Assembly (NCBI GenBank): GCA_964106645.2
Contig: OZ067040.1
Strand: one strand, 5' to 3'
Length of the DNA stretch: 64,000 nucleotides
Origin: Podarcis pityusensis
Taxonomy: Eukaryota
Part shown: piece by piece, positions 27,045 to 40,972 of the stretch
Layout: every line of letters starts with the position of its first letter
Numbering within the stretch: the first letter of the stretch is position 1
Translations under genes and position numbers: made by a program
Notes under the pieces: generated by a model
Told to the model about the DNA's origin: nothing
The model's input: the letters and a program-made list of their open reading frames with translations, nothing else
The model's database searches: none

Positions 27045-27150
27045 TATCCAGTTCAGGTTGTTGGCAACAAAGATACCCAAGAATCTAGAAAGTCAGTCCT
27101 GTGAAGAAAGAACTATGATGTTTAGGTGAGAGAAAAATCACATCAAAGGG
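27045..27150 (+). mobile_element. Very old CR1 ORF2 remnant
   Basis: GTTCAG..GGCAACAAAGAT..CTAGAAAGTCAGTCCTGTGAAGAAAG..ATGTTTAG resembles the VQRRATKMI.GLE..SYEERL coding DNA. Confidence 0.45.
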
Positions 27151-30100
27151 AACATCTTCTGATTCTACTTCAATAGACATAAATGGATGTCAGAAAGCCT
27201 TGTTCATTCTATCCCCCTCACAAGAAAATAGTGCATGGGCTTCTCAAATTTTATGACCATTTTAATGGATTTGATTTTTCAGTGATTATGAACAGATCTG
27301 GGAACAAACACCAGGGAATGGCAATCACCTTCAGGCCTGGTCTTCTATTTGAGAGACTTCTGGCTGCTAACTCTTGTTGGAAACAGAAAGCTAGTCTAAG
27401 TGAACTTTTGACTGGTTGAGGAAAGCTATTTTCCTAAGATTATATTTTTGTACTCAGATTATGAAAGGAAGCAAAGGTTGTAAATGAGAGAGGATTAGAG
27501 TTAATACACATATGAGCCTGTGAAATAGATATTTCCTAACTCTGTGTTTCTATGAAACCTTATAGATATTGTCCATTTCCTCTGTTCTGATTATACCAGT
27601 GAGTATAACTTAACACCTGGCTGGGCCTGCACTGAAATTTGGATCATGGCAGAGAGCCCCAATTCATAGAGGCTCTTCCACTTCTAGGTCCACAGCTGAA
27701 CCCTGATTCAGGAATGCATAGGTATGGGCTTCTTCCCTCTTCCCATGTACTATCACATGAAGATGTAGTTTCATGCCAGTAGCTGGGCACTTCACTAGCA
27801 GCCCTTAAGCACCCAACTCACTGTCCCCTGTGCCCCTGTAGGTTGGAAGGGTGGGGGGGAATCTGGACAGCTAATTTGGAGACATATAATCCTATAATTG
27901 AAATGGTGAAGTCTAAAGTTCTGTTTGCTGTGGAGACTCTAGGTCTGGGCAGAACTAAACCATGATAGCTGTAAACCTGCCTCAACTAGAATACCGCTAC
28001 AAATACTGCATTTGCATTTCATGGGGAAACAAAAAACGATCTTCTGTACAGTGGTAGATGCACATAACTGCCTGGCCATGAGCTGACACATTTTCCCCAT
28101 TGTAATCAAGAAGCAAATAGCTGCATGAAAAAGTGTGATACATAAATAGGTTAGACCCATGGCTTTTGTTAAATAAAGGCCACTAATAAAGTTTATGTAG
28201 AAGTACTTAGTCTGATTTTCTAGCTAAGTACAAAGCATAATCCATTAATATCTGTAAATTGGCAAAGCCATGACATTATTTCCATGCAAAACATTTGCTT
28301 AATGTACTTTTCTAGTCACATAATCATTAGCACAGATTAGGTATTATCCCATGCCCTCTGCAGCAACATTTGCATACCATATTGCACATAATCTTAACCC
28401 TATTACAAAGCCTGCTCCGAGTTCTTGTATCTGGAGATTAGACTAAAACAAAAAGAAACCGATTGAACCTGTTGTGGGATTTCTCAAATTAGAATTCTTT
28501 GGCAACTTTTTGTTTCAAACGTCTCTTCACAGCTCTCCGCCAAGGGAGAGAAAATGAGTCTGGCCTTTGCCATGCCTGTGAAGTCATTATCCTGTCAGGA
28601 ATGACACACAGAATTGAACCAACAGAAACAAACTTCCGGCTTCACTCAGAGCCTCTCACAATGAAATCTGGCTGGACATGGACTTTGAACGTTACACTCA
28701 TTGTTTATTTCTTTGAGATATAACCTAATATAATTATTTTATTCTCCATGAAAGGAAGCATATAGTAGTTCTTTGCAAAGCAGCTCTCTCGCTACAGTTT
28801 TTCATGTGCTCCCTTGAATTATTCCAATACTTAAAAATTGGAAGAAAAAGCCACTATATATGGGTGGCCAGTAGGTCTGAGAATAGCTGTCAATTTTTTC
28901 CTTTTTTTAAGGGAAATTCCCTTATTCCAAATAGGATTCCTCGCAAGAAAAGGGAAAAGTTGACAGCTATGGGTCTGAGTGAAGCCTAGTACACCCAGGT
29001 CTGTCAGCCAGGCTTCATCCCCCAGCCTGCCTGCGATTGGCCAATTCAAATGTGCATTCTCCTGGGGGCCCACACAGCTCCTGGAGGAGGATGACGTTCT
29101 CCAATGGCCTCATTGAATGAGGGTTCAAACAGCTGCAGCTGTGCCTGTCCGCAGCCACCAACCTCCCAGGATTATTGGTGAGTATTCTTTGTCACACACA
29201 AAAAACTTCATTAGATGGTGCTGGATCCAGGAAAATGCAGGTGTAAAGCAGCTAATGGATTGGGGGACTTGAGTGAAGTGTGGTGCAAAGGCTGTGAGAG
29301 AAGGAGGGATCCCTGAAAGTTGGGTGGAGGGAAGCAACCTCTTCAAGTGAGCTCTCCCTTTTTCTCTCAGACCCAATTACCACAGCCTGTTCCATTCAGC
29401 AGAGACCCCAACCGTCAAGAGAGATGGAGGGCAGTGGTGGTCCATGGTGACAGGGAAGTCAGCTTCTGCCAGCTTTGTTCTGTGTACATCTTTTCCAGAT
29501 CCAGCCCATTCTCTCTGCTATTTTGCAGTTAAATGATCAAGTTCTCATCTTGCTCTTTGATAGAGGGACTGGTAAAACTTTCAAACAGTCAGAAAATGGA
29601 TGCGGTATAATTGAGGGAAGAAGTGAAAAGAACTGGTAAACAAGACATAAAAGAAAGCTGAAACATTTAGGGCAGATACCAATCAAGAAACACATCTGAA
29701 GAAATTATATTATCCAGGCCCTCTCATATTTTGTTATTTTGTTCTGCAGCTGCTGTTCATGCGTTTCTCGCCCATACGCCCCTTCCTTTCAGAATTGTGG
29801 ACGGATGATTATTATTTTTTTATGCGTGTTCCATTGAAGAAAAAAAAACAGGATCACTTTGTGTCAGCTACTTGTGTGTAAAAGGAGGAGGGAGACAGCT
29901 GGGGAATTCCAAGATCAAATACATAGCATGAGTCACAACCCAGGGGGAAAACCAGTCCTAAACGTTTTGCTACTGAGTATGCTGCACTTGACACAATGGG
30001 ACTTACAGTACAATCCTACTGAGGTTTCCTTGGGAGTAAGTAATGTTTCTACTGCTGGAAATTGCTGAACCACTTCTAGGGAAGTAGACAATAAGATGAA

Positions 30101-30560
30101 GCAAGCAAAATGCATTCTAAAAGTGAAGAGGAGCTTGAAGTTATGACCACGTTGGCAGACTGATGGGATATCAACAAAAACTTTAGCAATGAAGTAGCAA
30201 CTTTCACCCAAGCTACCACCACCACCAAGCATTTGAATGACTGTCTCACACATACAGTGAACACACGTTAGGGTGGGAGATTGGCAGATTCCATTCCACC
30301 AGGCACAAGTGTTCTCATATATGTAGCATATTTAACATATGCATGTGATCAGGATCCCTAAAAAATCAGGGCTCCCAATTGTATGAATTAGTACTATGTA
30401 ATATAAGTGTATGCATGTGGATACATTGCAGACATGCAAATGAACATGTGCACAATGAAGTTGAAGCCTGCTGCTGTGATGCCACCACTGCCCAGATGTG
30501 CATGTACTGAATGTATGGAAAATAGAATTGTGTGGCGCTGAAGAAATCCAGATGTCTACA

Positions 30561-30968
30561 TGTCATAGTCTCATTGCTGAGCAACCACATTCGGAGCTCA
30601 GTGGACTGAGAGGCCAGCCAGCCAGAAGAGTCCCTGAGGTGTACTTGCCTGGAGGCAGAATCAGCATCCAAAATCAGGTCCTAGGGTCAGATGAACAGCA
30701 ATCCACATGGTCAGATGGTCCAGGGGCCAGGGAATCCAAAGATCTCGGGGTCAAGATGAGCAGGAAGCAGCAGAGTCATATCAGGAACTATAAGCATTGT
30801 TACCAGCACCTGACTGCTGCTGGAAGCTCTGCTGAAGAAGGCTGAAGCCAGCTGGTTCGCATCAGTGCCTTCCCCTCTGTAACCTTGTAGGTTGCAGGTC
30901 GAGTCGCTCCACCTTCTCCCACTTCAGGCTGTTGTTCAGCAGGCAAAGCTGACTCCTGTCCCATGACA
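30561..30968 (-). mobile_element. Solo LTR (Gypsy-like), decayed
   Basis: TGTCAT...ATGACA termini, purine-rich GTCAG/GTCCAG repeats; flanks CTACA/GTACT match only partly. Strand tentative. Confidence 0.65.
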
Positions 30969-32339
30969 GTACTTACTAAAAGGAGGAGTCAGGCCTAGAT
31001 TACAATTATTAGTGTTATGGATCACAGTATATCCTCATATAGATTGTACCTGAAAAAAGCAAGCCAAACATCTTTGCTCCAGAAAATGAAAAATATAGCC
31101 CCCAACACTTTTATATAGCATATATGTCACAATGCATTTTTGGTGTTTTAGTATCTCACAACAATGTGTGTGTGTGTGTTCTGTGAGTTCAGCATTTTCT
31201 CTGTCCTAGCTTAGTAGTTTTAGGGTTAACCCCCCCTCTCTTTTCTTGCTTTAAGGCAAGATAGGTTGCAGAGATATTTCTTAGTCACACTCCAATTGCC
31301 TTATTTATTAACCAATTTGTTGAAAACATATTCAAATAGAACACAATGCTGATGGTAATTGAGATATATGCAAGATTTTTAGGGAGCTATTTTGTTTTCT
31401 CCTTTTAAACTGCACCATGCATCAAAAAGAATTCCCTATGGATTTCATTGAATTAAGAAGCATATCTGTGATTTTATTGATTGCACCTCCAGCAGCGCCG
31501 CAAAATTTTTATTTGCCTTCCTGGCACACACACACATATATAATCTGCAGGCATATACATAAACACAACTTTGCTGTCAGGTTGCCTAACCTAGGATGCA
31601 AAAACCTGTCACTTCAGTTCATTAAGTTTACATCTCTCTGGCAGAGCTGAGAAAGGAATTTGCAATCAGCGAATACAAGAATAGGAATGCAACCTAAGAG
31701 CATGGTAAATCAATGTATCTTTTCTCCACCAATTGACTAATTTGCTTCCATAAAAATTATAGCATGCCAGGGCTCAAATATTTAACCTCCTATTGTCTCT
31801 GTGATTAAATGTTTGCCCATTTTTTTGGTCAGGGTCAAAGTAATGGTAGTTCATTAATACATTCAATTCCATTCCATAGCAGATGCTATGGTGAGCTGCA
31901 ACTGCTCACCTCATCTCTGGCTGGTTGCATTGTTGCTGTTTACTGAGAGGTCACCAGTAATGAGTTTGGTGTGGTGTAAATGCACCAGTGGAGCCAACCT
32001 GATACTCCAGCCAGTGCATTTGCAAACATCCTTGCAACCTTTACACCACCTTGTCCACCCCTCTCTAGCTCTTGGTAAGCAGCAGCAACACAGCTGACTG
32101 GAGGTCAAGTAAGTAGAGGCACCTCATCACGCCGTCTGCAACTGATTACATTGATTTTGGTAATATTATTCATGACTAGGGGTATCCCAGTCTCAGATTG
32201 CAATCTTGCTAAGGTGTACGCACAACAGAACACAACGGCTCTTACTGCTGTCATCCAGGGCCCTGCTCCAAGTCCATTAAACTGGGGAGGAAAACCTGGT
32301 GTCAACCAGGAGTGAGGTCTTTTCTGTTGTGACATCTAC

Positions 32340-32675
32340 TTTGTGGAATATCTTACCGAGCAAGGTCTGTCAAGCTCCATCACTGTTTTGCTTCAGGCAG
32401 CTGGTAAAGATGAAGCCTTGACGTATTTTTTTTATTTTTTAAATAAAGGCTTTTGGTTAATTGTGAAATTGCCTGCCGGCTCAGTTCTGGGCTACTTTTG
32501 TGCTGCTTGAATTTGCTACACAGGAGGTCAATTTATCTGTTGGAATGCATACTGGAGTTTTTCAGGGATTATTTTGTTTTATTCCATTTCTATTACTGTT
32601 TGTTTGCCATCTTCAGTCTCTTTGGAGAAATATGAAGGAATCAGGATAAACATTTTTTAATAAAATAAACAATAA
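32340..32675 (+). mobile_element. L2 3' end remnant
   Basis: TGGAATATCTTACC..GCTCCATCACTG..TTCAGGCAGCTGGTAAAGA (WN.LP..APSL..FRQLVK) with a T-rich UTR. Confidence 0.6.
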
Positions 32676-33784
32676 ACATGAACAGGATTCTTCTGTCAAA
32701 CATATACCCAGGAACTAGCATTAAATTTCAACATTGTTTACTTCCAAGCAGTTTGCATGATCTATTTTAAAGTACAACCTGGTGTTAGTTTGATTAGATC
32801 ATAGTATTTGTTTGATTGCTTATTTCTATCTCATTTCTTAGTCAAGAACTCCTGTAGTAGCTAAGAGCATTTTAAAACAGCAAGCATGTTAGATTCACAC
32901 ACACACACACACACACACGTTAAAACAAACAAAGCAACAAATGGTCTTCTTAATTCCACTGGGTTTAGGATGAAAGTTGGTTGACTAGTCTTCCTAACGA
33001 GTGACTATGAAATTAGAAGGGTTATAAATAAGTCCTTTGTGAATAAGTAATAAATTCTGCAAAGCTGACAGCTACTATTTATTATACGCATGAAATGGTA
33101 AAGGAAATCCCAGGTGGAACTCAAAATAAATGAAAAGCATATTTTCTTGCCCAACCAGACCCTCACTATTTCTGTCACATCTTTTAGTTCAGTCCCTTAT
33201 TTACACCAACATAGGAACTGGTGGGTGGGATTGCAAGCCCTACGTGGTGGGCTACACAAACTGTTGTCTTTACTTCAATGCTAAATTACAATAGCACTTG
33301 TAGAAATTCTAGCTAAGTGATTTACGCCCTTGAACTATGAGTGCAAGGCATCCCAGCTTTCAAAAAGAAGATATTTCCAGAACTTAATGGGATTATGAAG
33401 GCTAGACCAAGAAGTCTGGCATTAGCTAACTAACCAATCTACAATAGCAGCTGAAGCTGGAATGCAGATGTTTGACAACACAGAATACACAGAGGAAGGG
33501 GACACGGGGTGGGGAGTGGGGAGAGATTATCAAATTACAGGAAAATGCAGGAAATTTCATAGATACATATGTGCAAGATCCTGCCTCACAAAAAGAGACT
33601 GGAAAAGATGCCTGTTAGATTCATTTTACTACTATGAATACTGTATGTGATGATTTTAGGGAGAAAGGTATTGAGCCGCAACTGACAAATTGGATTTGCA
33701 CCCGAGAGCAAATTAAAGGCTGCAGCCATTCAGCAACTCTTTACGGTGTTCTTTGGACTGGGTTAAAATGGCTCTGGATAACGA

Positions 33785-33785
33785 T

Positions 33786-33833
<48 letters not shown>

Positions 33834-33836
33834 TTT
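33785..33836. repeat. (CTTT)n microsatellite
   Basis: Read directly. Confidence 0.95.
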
Positions 33837-34554
33837 CATTCAGTGGGGAACAAAAGGATTATAAGGGCTTTGGACAGGATCACACAGAAACACAACAGAT
33901 CTAATGTGCTTTCATCTTCATCGTTGCAAATCCTCAGCTTTGGTAGGACTCAAGAGAAGCGTTAAAGTTCTTCCTGTTTATTAAAGCAACGTTGATGCCT
34001 TAGCCTGCCAGACACCCCATGGAAAGCCAAGAGTCAGCGTCCATTTCTCACTTTAATTCTAGCAGTGGGGATATCTTGCTGAAAGTCGTCTAAACTGAAT
34101 CATGCTCTCTGAATGCTGGCCTTTGACAAAAACAAAAATAAAAAAATAAAAATGGAAACAGTCATCTACCATTATTATTTTGCCTTTTTCTTCTTTCTCC
34201 TCAATACATGATGTGCTTTTGCATGTTTCTTGCAGAAGTCAGTTTACCCACCTGCTGAAAAGACCAGAAATGCATCTCCCATTTTCTTTGGTCAAGTAAT
34301 AAACTGAAGCATACTAGTCTGAGTAAAATCAGATGTGATGTGGTTCACTGCAGAAAATGTTATTTGTTTCCCCCTTTTCTCCCTGTAGCATTTAGGAAGG
34401 AAACACGGGATGTGACATCACTAGGCCAGCCCCACGGCAACAGTATTAACTGCCACGGACTACAGGGGTGAGAACTCATAGGAAATAACATCACATCATC
34501 CACTACTGATTAAAACTTTAAAGGGGCAAAGGAGGAAATGGCCTGGTATATCCC

Positions 34555-34733
34555 AAGCCACTCTCTGAGATCATCTGGGCAAGCACTATTTGTAGTCCCC
34601 CATCAATAGACCAGAAGCGTAACTCATGTCAATAAGATGCTGTGCGTTCATTGTAGTGGGCCCAACTATATGGAAATGCCTCCTACGAGAAACCAGGCAG
34701 GCACCAACCCTATTAAGTTTCACATGCCTGGTT
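34555..34733 (+). mobile_element. L2 ORF2 C-terminal fragment (older)
   Basis: SLRSSGQAL..AFIVVGPTIWKCL..RQAPTLLSF. Confidence 0.7.
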
Positions 34734-35078
34734 ATTTCCTTGAGATCTGATGGGAGGGCGTTCCACAGGGCGGGCGCCACTACCGAGAAGGCCCTCTGAC
34801 AGGTTCCCTCTAACTTCACTTCTCGCAGTGAGGGAACTGCCAGAAGGCCCTTGGTGCTGGACCTCAGTGTCCAGGCTGAATGATGGGGGTGGAGAAGCTC
34901 CTTCACGTTTACTGGACCGAGGCCATTTAGGGCTTTAAAGGTCAGCCCTGAATTGTGCTTGGAAACATACTGGGAGCCAATGTAGGTCTTTCAGTACTGG
35001 TGTTATATGGTCTCAGTGGCCACTCCGAGTAACCAGTCTAGCTGCCGCATTCTGGATTTGTTGTAGTTTCTGGGTCAC
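34732..35078 (-). mobile_element. L2 ORF2 C-terminal fragment (younger)
   Basis: KLQQIQNAAARLVT..TLRSSTKGLLAVPS..RAFSVVAPALWNALPSDLKEI. Confidence 0.9.
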
Positions 35079-35314
35079 AAAATGGTAGGAGTCTGGAGGA
35101 TGCCACATTGACCGCAATGGCACACCTTGCTTCCACATAAACTAAAGGATCATGAAAAAGAATGGTAGAGTGTTAATGGTGACTGACTCTCAGCTTGACA
35201 GTGCCTCTCACTATTATGTTCCCCCCATGAAGCACTTCCATTTCACGGCAGTGCACAAAATCCATAAAAATCCATGTAAAAATCACAGATACCCATTAAA
35301 CTTGCTTGAGACAC

Positions 35315-35550
35315 ATATATGAAGAAACGAGATAAAGAATTGGACTCACTGGCAGAGTTTGAATAAACAAACACAATTGTATATAACAAAAAGTAAGATT
35401 ATATGTACTGGGAAAAATTTGGGAAACAACATTCAGGGTGAGTATTATGGAAATAAAACAAAATGGGAATTTGAGGGAAGTCCAGGGGAGGAGGGGGGGG
35501 GGAATATGGAAAATTGTTAGAGAAATATTGTTAGAGGATATATACATGAA
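35315..35550 (+). mobile_element. L1 3' end fragment
   Basis: YMKKRDKELDSLAEFE* resembles a squamate L1 ORF2 terminus; followed by a GGGAAGTC and G-run 3' UTR. Confidence 0.6.
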
Positions 35551-37201
35551 ACACATGAAGCGTTTGGCGTTACCTTGCTTCGGATCACCAGCCATGCATA
35601 ATTGCTGTGGGGTTTTTTTTAAAATAAAAAATACCTTCATTTTTATTCTATTAGAAGTAAAGTCCATCTGCTTCCTCAGGTAAACTTGGGTCAAGTGACC
35701 CATTCAGGAGACTTGTTTTCTTATATATTATTATAATATAAATAAATGAGAGCGATAAGACTGCAGAGACAAAAAATCCTTCAGAAGAGTTTTAACTTTT
35801 ATTTACTTCCCCAGCACATTTATATTGGAACATTGCCATAGGACGGTCAGATTTTACCATTACCGAAACACCTTGGAATCCAGATATCTCAATCTAACTT
35901 TCCCCCATATTCCTGATTCTAGTGGTTAGAAGGAGATTAGAGTATATAGTGTAGATTTAATGTCATCCTGGCAGGAGGTGGCAGGTGAGGAATCCTGTCA
36001 GTCCCCGATTTACTGCTTAACAGTAGGGGGAAGCTTTAGAACAACCCCCCTCCAGACCATCATAAGCACTTCTTTATTGTCGGCCTGTCAGAATGCCACA
36101 CAGGGTAGCCCCGAAGCTTAAAAGAGATTTATGAAAAAAGACCACCTGGAGACTATCTTATTTTTATCATTTTAAAAGGACATGAAAAGATCATTTGCAG
36201 TTGTATCCCTTTCCTGGTCAGTGCACAAATCCACAAAAGGGCAATTCACAGAGGAAAACCAGCGCAGGCAATTTGATGGGGATGTACTTTCTTTTCATAC
36301 ACTGTTGACCAGTTTGGTTCTATTACCTGAATTGATTTGTGGTATATTAAGCCTGCTTTGTTTAGCTTTTTAATTTCCATATGTATAAAGCTGGATAGTC
36401 CCCAAACAGCAGGCGGTGCTCATATTGTGCTAAATATTCTTAAGTTGAAAGAGAGACATGAAAGGAGACTGTTTTTAGAACCTTTATTGTTTGCTTTTAC
36501 CTTTCTTCCCCCCATCCACGCTCACAGTGTCAGAAAGTGCTCATTTTAGAAAGTCTAAAATCCCAACCATGCATAATAACTAGTATTAATCTTGTATTGT
36601 GTACAGATCTGTCAACATCTGTCAGGAACAAAAAGTGTCAGTATTTTTTCAAAAAAAGGATTTAGGATAATTAAAGGAAATTCTTAAAACTCCAGCCAGC
36701 AATGATTTTAGTACAATAGTAACATACAAACAAACAAAGCAAGCAACAAAAGTATTATATGTAAGGAATGGCAGGGGGTTGGAGAGTAGGACGAAGTATG
36801 ACTTTCTGCAGATTTCATCTATTATTTCTCTATAGGCTGGTTCTAGACGGGTGAACAAAGGCTGGTGATTTTTTTTAAGGTGACAGCAGTGTAGGCTGAA
36901 GGATCTGATATCAACTTGGACTCTGATATCAACTTGGACTCTAGGCAGCATTTACATTGCTCAGGTGGAGGCAATGGTTAATTTTCAATTGAGATCTAGA
37001 GTGGTTTGAGCTATTCTCCAACAAGGAACCTGATCCTATTGATACCAAGCTATAGATAATGTTCTGGACATGTTAAGAGGCATCTTCTTCATTACTGCCT
37101 GACAAATTTCAATGCTGAGTCTTAACATTCAAAACAGTTTTTTTTGTTTTGTTATCGGTCCCTTTCTGCATAGAGTTACAGTCTGTGGGATTCGTAAGGT
37201 A

Positions 37202-37443
37202 CAGTGGTACCTCAGGTTACATACGCTTCAGGTTACATACGCTTCAGGTTACAGAGTCCGCTAACCCAGAAATAGTGTTTCAGGTTAAGAACTTTGCTTC
37301 AGGATGAGAACAGAAATCAGGCTCCGGCGGCGTGGCAACAGCAGGAGGCCCCATTAGCTAAAGTGGTGCTTCAGGTTAAGAACAATTTCAGGTTAAGTAT
37401 GGACCTCTGGAACGAATTAAGTACTTAACCTGAGGTACCACTG
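37202..37443. mobile_element. Tc1/mariner MITE, family A
   Basis: CAGTGGTACCTCAGGTTA...TAACCTGAGGTACCACTG, TA TSD. Confidence 0.95.
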
Positions 37444-37929
37444 TATCTCACAGGCCCAGTTCAGACAAAACAATGCTAGTTCAATAAACCATGGGATAGG
37501 TCTTATCTCCATATAATCCCTTCTCACACTTTCTTTTCCTTCCTTTGGCATCTGGCTGTTTTCGGTTTTTTTAAATCCCTGTTTCCCATGATGCCTGGAT
37601 TAGAAACCTGTGGCTTAAGAAACAAAGGCAAGAAGAAGGACAAAATATAGCATGGGGCCATATGGAATCTTCCTTGTTCGAGAAACCATAGCTTGGTCCA
37701 GGACTGAGTGGGTGCTCCACTATGATTTGCCTGAGAACAGAATAACAAAATGCTATTGCCTCTGAAGAACAGTAAATTTGCTCAGAATGCAACAAAACAC
37801 AGCAAGGTGATTTGGAAAATTCTTTTTGATATAAACTTAACATAGTTCTCAGCCCTTTCGGTGTTGTCTGTACCTTCAAATGCTGTGAGGGACTGAAGTA
37901 GAATGAAACCACTGCTGCTCTTATTCCTA

Positions 37930-38336
37930 TATAGCAATGGTGAATAAATTCCATTCAATCCCCATTTAAAAGTGAGCCTGTCAATTTTGTACTTTCTGAA
38001 ACAATACATAGGCTGAAACACAGCAAACTTTAGAAATTTGCATTTCCCCAAATTTTGCAATCCAGATCTCTGTCCCAAATAATGGGTACACAAGTGCATA
38101 TGCTAAGAGTAAGTATGCATAGAAATGCACAAGTTGGTCAAAATAAACAAAAAAGCATTATATTAAGACAAATGGCTTTGTAGCAATGTGTATATCAGGC
38201 AGAAAATTGCATACTAATGTGTGTATTAGTAGAAATTTGCACCCAAATCCCCAATGGATGTGGAAATGTCGAGAACAGATCTTTATACTGGGGAAAATGA
38301 GAAATGTGAAACCGAAATTGACAGAGTCACCCTCCC
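37930..38336. mobile_element. Decayed hAT-like MITE (same family as 2729-3106)
   Basis: Shared internal motifs and right end GAAATTGACAGAGTCACCCTCCCT. Confidence 0.55.
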
Positions 38337-40759
38337 TCTTTCTTTTCCTTCTTGTGTCCCTCTGTGCTATGCCTAATTTTCTTTCATGGCATGGGTGATC
38401 AAGGAGGCTGGAGGAGGAACGAGGAAAGGAAACACAACAGCTGCATGTACCATTTCCATTTACTTCCTTCCTCTTTAGATAGTCACTCACCCCATTTTGA
38501 CCTCTGTGACATTTTGAGAAGCTTTGCTGCCTACACATAGAGCAGGGGGAGTAGCCAATTTTTGCATAAGTCGTTTGGGTAGAAATGCACCCGTGCCCTT
38601 TACGAAGTAGGATAAATCAATGCACTTCCAGTTCTAAGAAAGGACGGGAAAGAAATGCTCCAATAATCGCTGGAAGCTCTGCAGTTTACAGTAATACTAA
38701 GTAATTGACACAAAAAGGCCTCTGATAGATCCTGTGGGTTGCTTAGCACACTCTTCCACAATACTAATAAGTACCTATGAAAACTCCAAAAGTGGAAATA
38801 TGCTTAATTGCTTAAGTGACTTAGGTGTGGGCTGAAGGGAATTTAATATTTGTCATCTATTCCCCTGGCAACAGCTGCTGTTTAAAGTGCTACTTTATTA
38901 GCCTCTGATTGCTAATGATTATTTTCCAAGCATCTGTAAGCTTTATTCTTATGTTTAGTCTTTCTCTGCGAGGCCTCTGTTGATTTGGATAATTTCTTCT
39001 TTCTGTCAGCGGTTTGTGGCTGCAATCATTTGATGGAATGGGAGCTGGGAGAGCGAGGGACAACACACCTGACAAACATCTTTTGCTAAGCTTCTGTGCC
39101 CAGGGATCATTTGTTTGGACTGAACATCATGTATAAAAGGGATAGGTGGGAGGAAAGAAAGGGAAGAAAAAGATTAGGTAGCAAAATAACACAAAATAAA
39201 TCTTCTCCGCAAGTTTGCCATTAATGAAGGCAAATAGAATATCTGTAACAAGGAGTGAGAAATGTTTTCAAATCCTCTTTTAATTTGTCTCCTTGGCTTC
39301 CCAAGGTCATTTTGATGTGCTTATTTTGCAAGACAATTAATAATACAAACACCTATCTGAAAAATTGCTCCCGTGAAAATGGCTTTACCTGCCTTGCTGC
39401 ATCAGCAGACAGACACCAAGAAAACAAATGGCAAGGTGTTGTGACTTCATGTGGGTCCATGGCTTCATCCCTTGTACAGTGTAACTCATTTCAGATGATA
39501 ACTGAGAGAGAATGCATGCATAGACCCAGAGGGTTCAGGATGCTGGCTGCAGGCTCCCCCCTGTAATAAGTCATCTAAAGTTGTTGCATTCCTGATCAGT
39601 AGGCCACCATTGTTGATCGCCTGGACATCATGCCACCCTTGAGCTCTTCTGCTGGCGCTCTCAAAGCCTCTCAGCATCTCCCCATCACTGCCTCCTTGGT
39701 CATGAGGTGGTGACTGTTTGCACTTTTCATGAGAGAAAAAGGTGACTGGAGCTGAAGCAGGAAGTTAGAAGAGTGACAATCTTTTCCACTTCATTCAGCT
39801 CTATGTGCTTTCCAAGGGTCATGTTAATGCTACTGGATCTGACCTTTACACAGATCCCTTGGAAAAGGAAGTGTGTTCCTTCTCTCACACTATGGGGGCT
39901 GATCCAGGAGAGGGGGCAGGATGTGACCCCAAGGGGTGGTGCCTGTACCTCAAGAATCCAAATGTGTCCTTGAACCTAAAAGGGTCAGTAACCCTGATAC
40001 ATGGTTTGTTCAGTTTGAGATGAATACAGAGGTTAAGGAAAGAGACATGGCCAGAAGCCAAACACTCTGCATCTAGAGGAACAGGGAAAGTGACAAAAAT
40101 TAGTTACCATGAAGAAAGTAGGAGCATCTCCAACCAGCAAGAGCAATTGCGTTATGAATTGGCAGCAAGAACTTGGACAGTGCCAGCTGAAGATTAATAA
40201 AAGATAGTTAGCTGCAGTTGTGGCTAAAGTAACAAGACCAGTCCCTAGGAGGAAAGCAGCAGCATCTTCAATCAAATCAGCAAAAGCAATTGAGTCATGG
40301 CTTAGCAACATGAACTGGGACAGTACCAGCTTTCTCTTTAGGGTGGTGGAGCGATGGTATCCCACTTGATATTTTTCAATAGGTGACCTTACATTCAGCA
40401 ACGTTTCCAGCTGCATATTCTAGAATCATATCTCTTGGGAAGGCCTGCCATTCTTGTACGAAAAGGAAGGAATAGCTCATTTGGAAGGCAGTGTTTTATT
40501 CAGAAACCAGGAAAATCCATGGAAAAGGCCCACCACCAACTTATTATTACTAGCTCATTAGGTTCCTCCTTGCTGGTTTTTACAGCAAGGCAGCAAATGT
40601 CCATGGTGGTACAGCGGTTCAAGTTTGAAAAAACTTTGCTGGAAAAAGACAAATAAAAAAATACTGCTTTATATCAAAATTTACAATCCAAAATTAGACA
40701 TGCGCAATAAAGTCCTGATCTAGGGGTGTGTACACACACAACACACACACACACACAGT

Positions 40760-40972
40760 GTATGGTTTGATATTTTACTGTTGTAAACTGCCCGGATATT
40801 TCTTTATGAATAGCGGTACATGCATATTTTTACAAATAAATAAGTGGTTATTAGATTTTAAATGTTATGTTTTTTATGATATGGTTTTATGTTTTACACT
40901 TGTAAACTGCTCTGGTTTTTTCTTAATGAATAGTGGTATATAAATATTTTTATAAGTAAATAAATGAATAAA
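40760..40972 (+). repeat. Two tandem L2-like 3' tails
   Basis: TTGTAAACTGC..ATGAATAG(C/T)GGTA..AAATAAA occurs twice, ~118 bp apart. Confidence 0.6.

Noticed and set aside
36904-36942. 18-bp tandem duplication (also a ~33-bp one at ~11650-11710)
   Set aside because: Two units only, ordinary slippage; no spacer array, so not CRISPR-like.
39792-40399. Possible LTR or hAT element bounded by CATTCAGC direct repeats
   Set aside because: No TIRs or TG..CA ends adjacent to the repeats; the 8-bp match may be chance.
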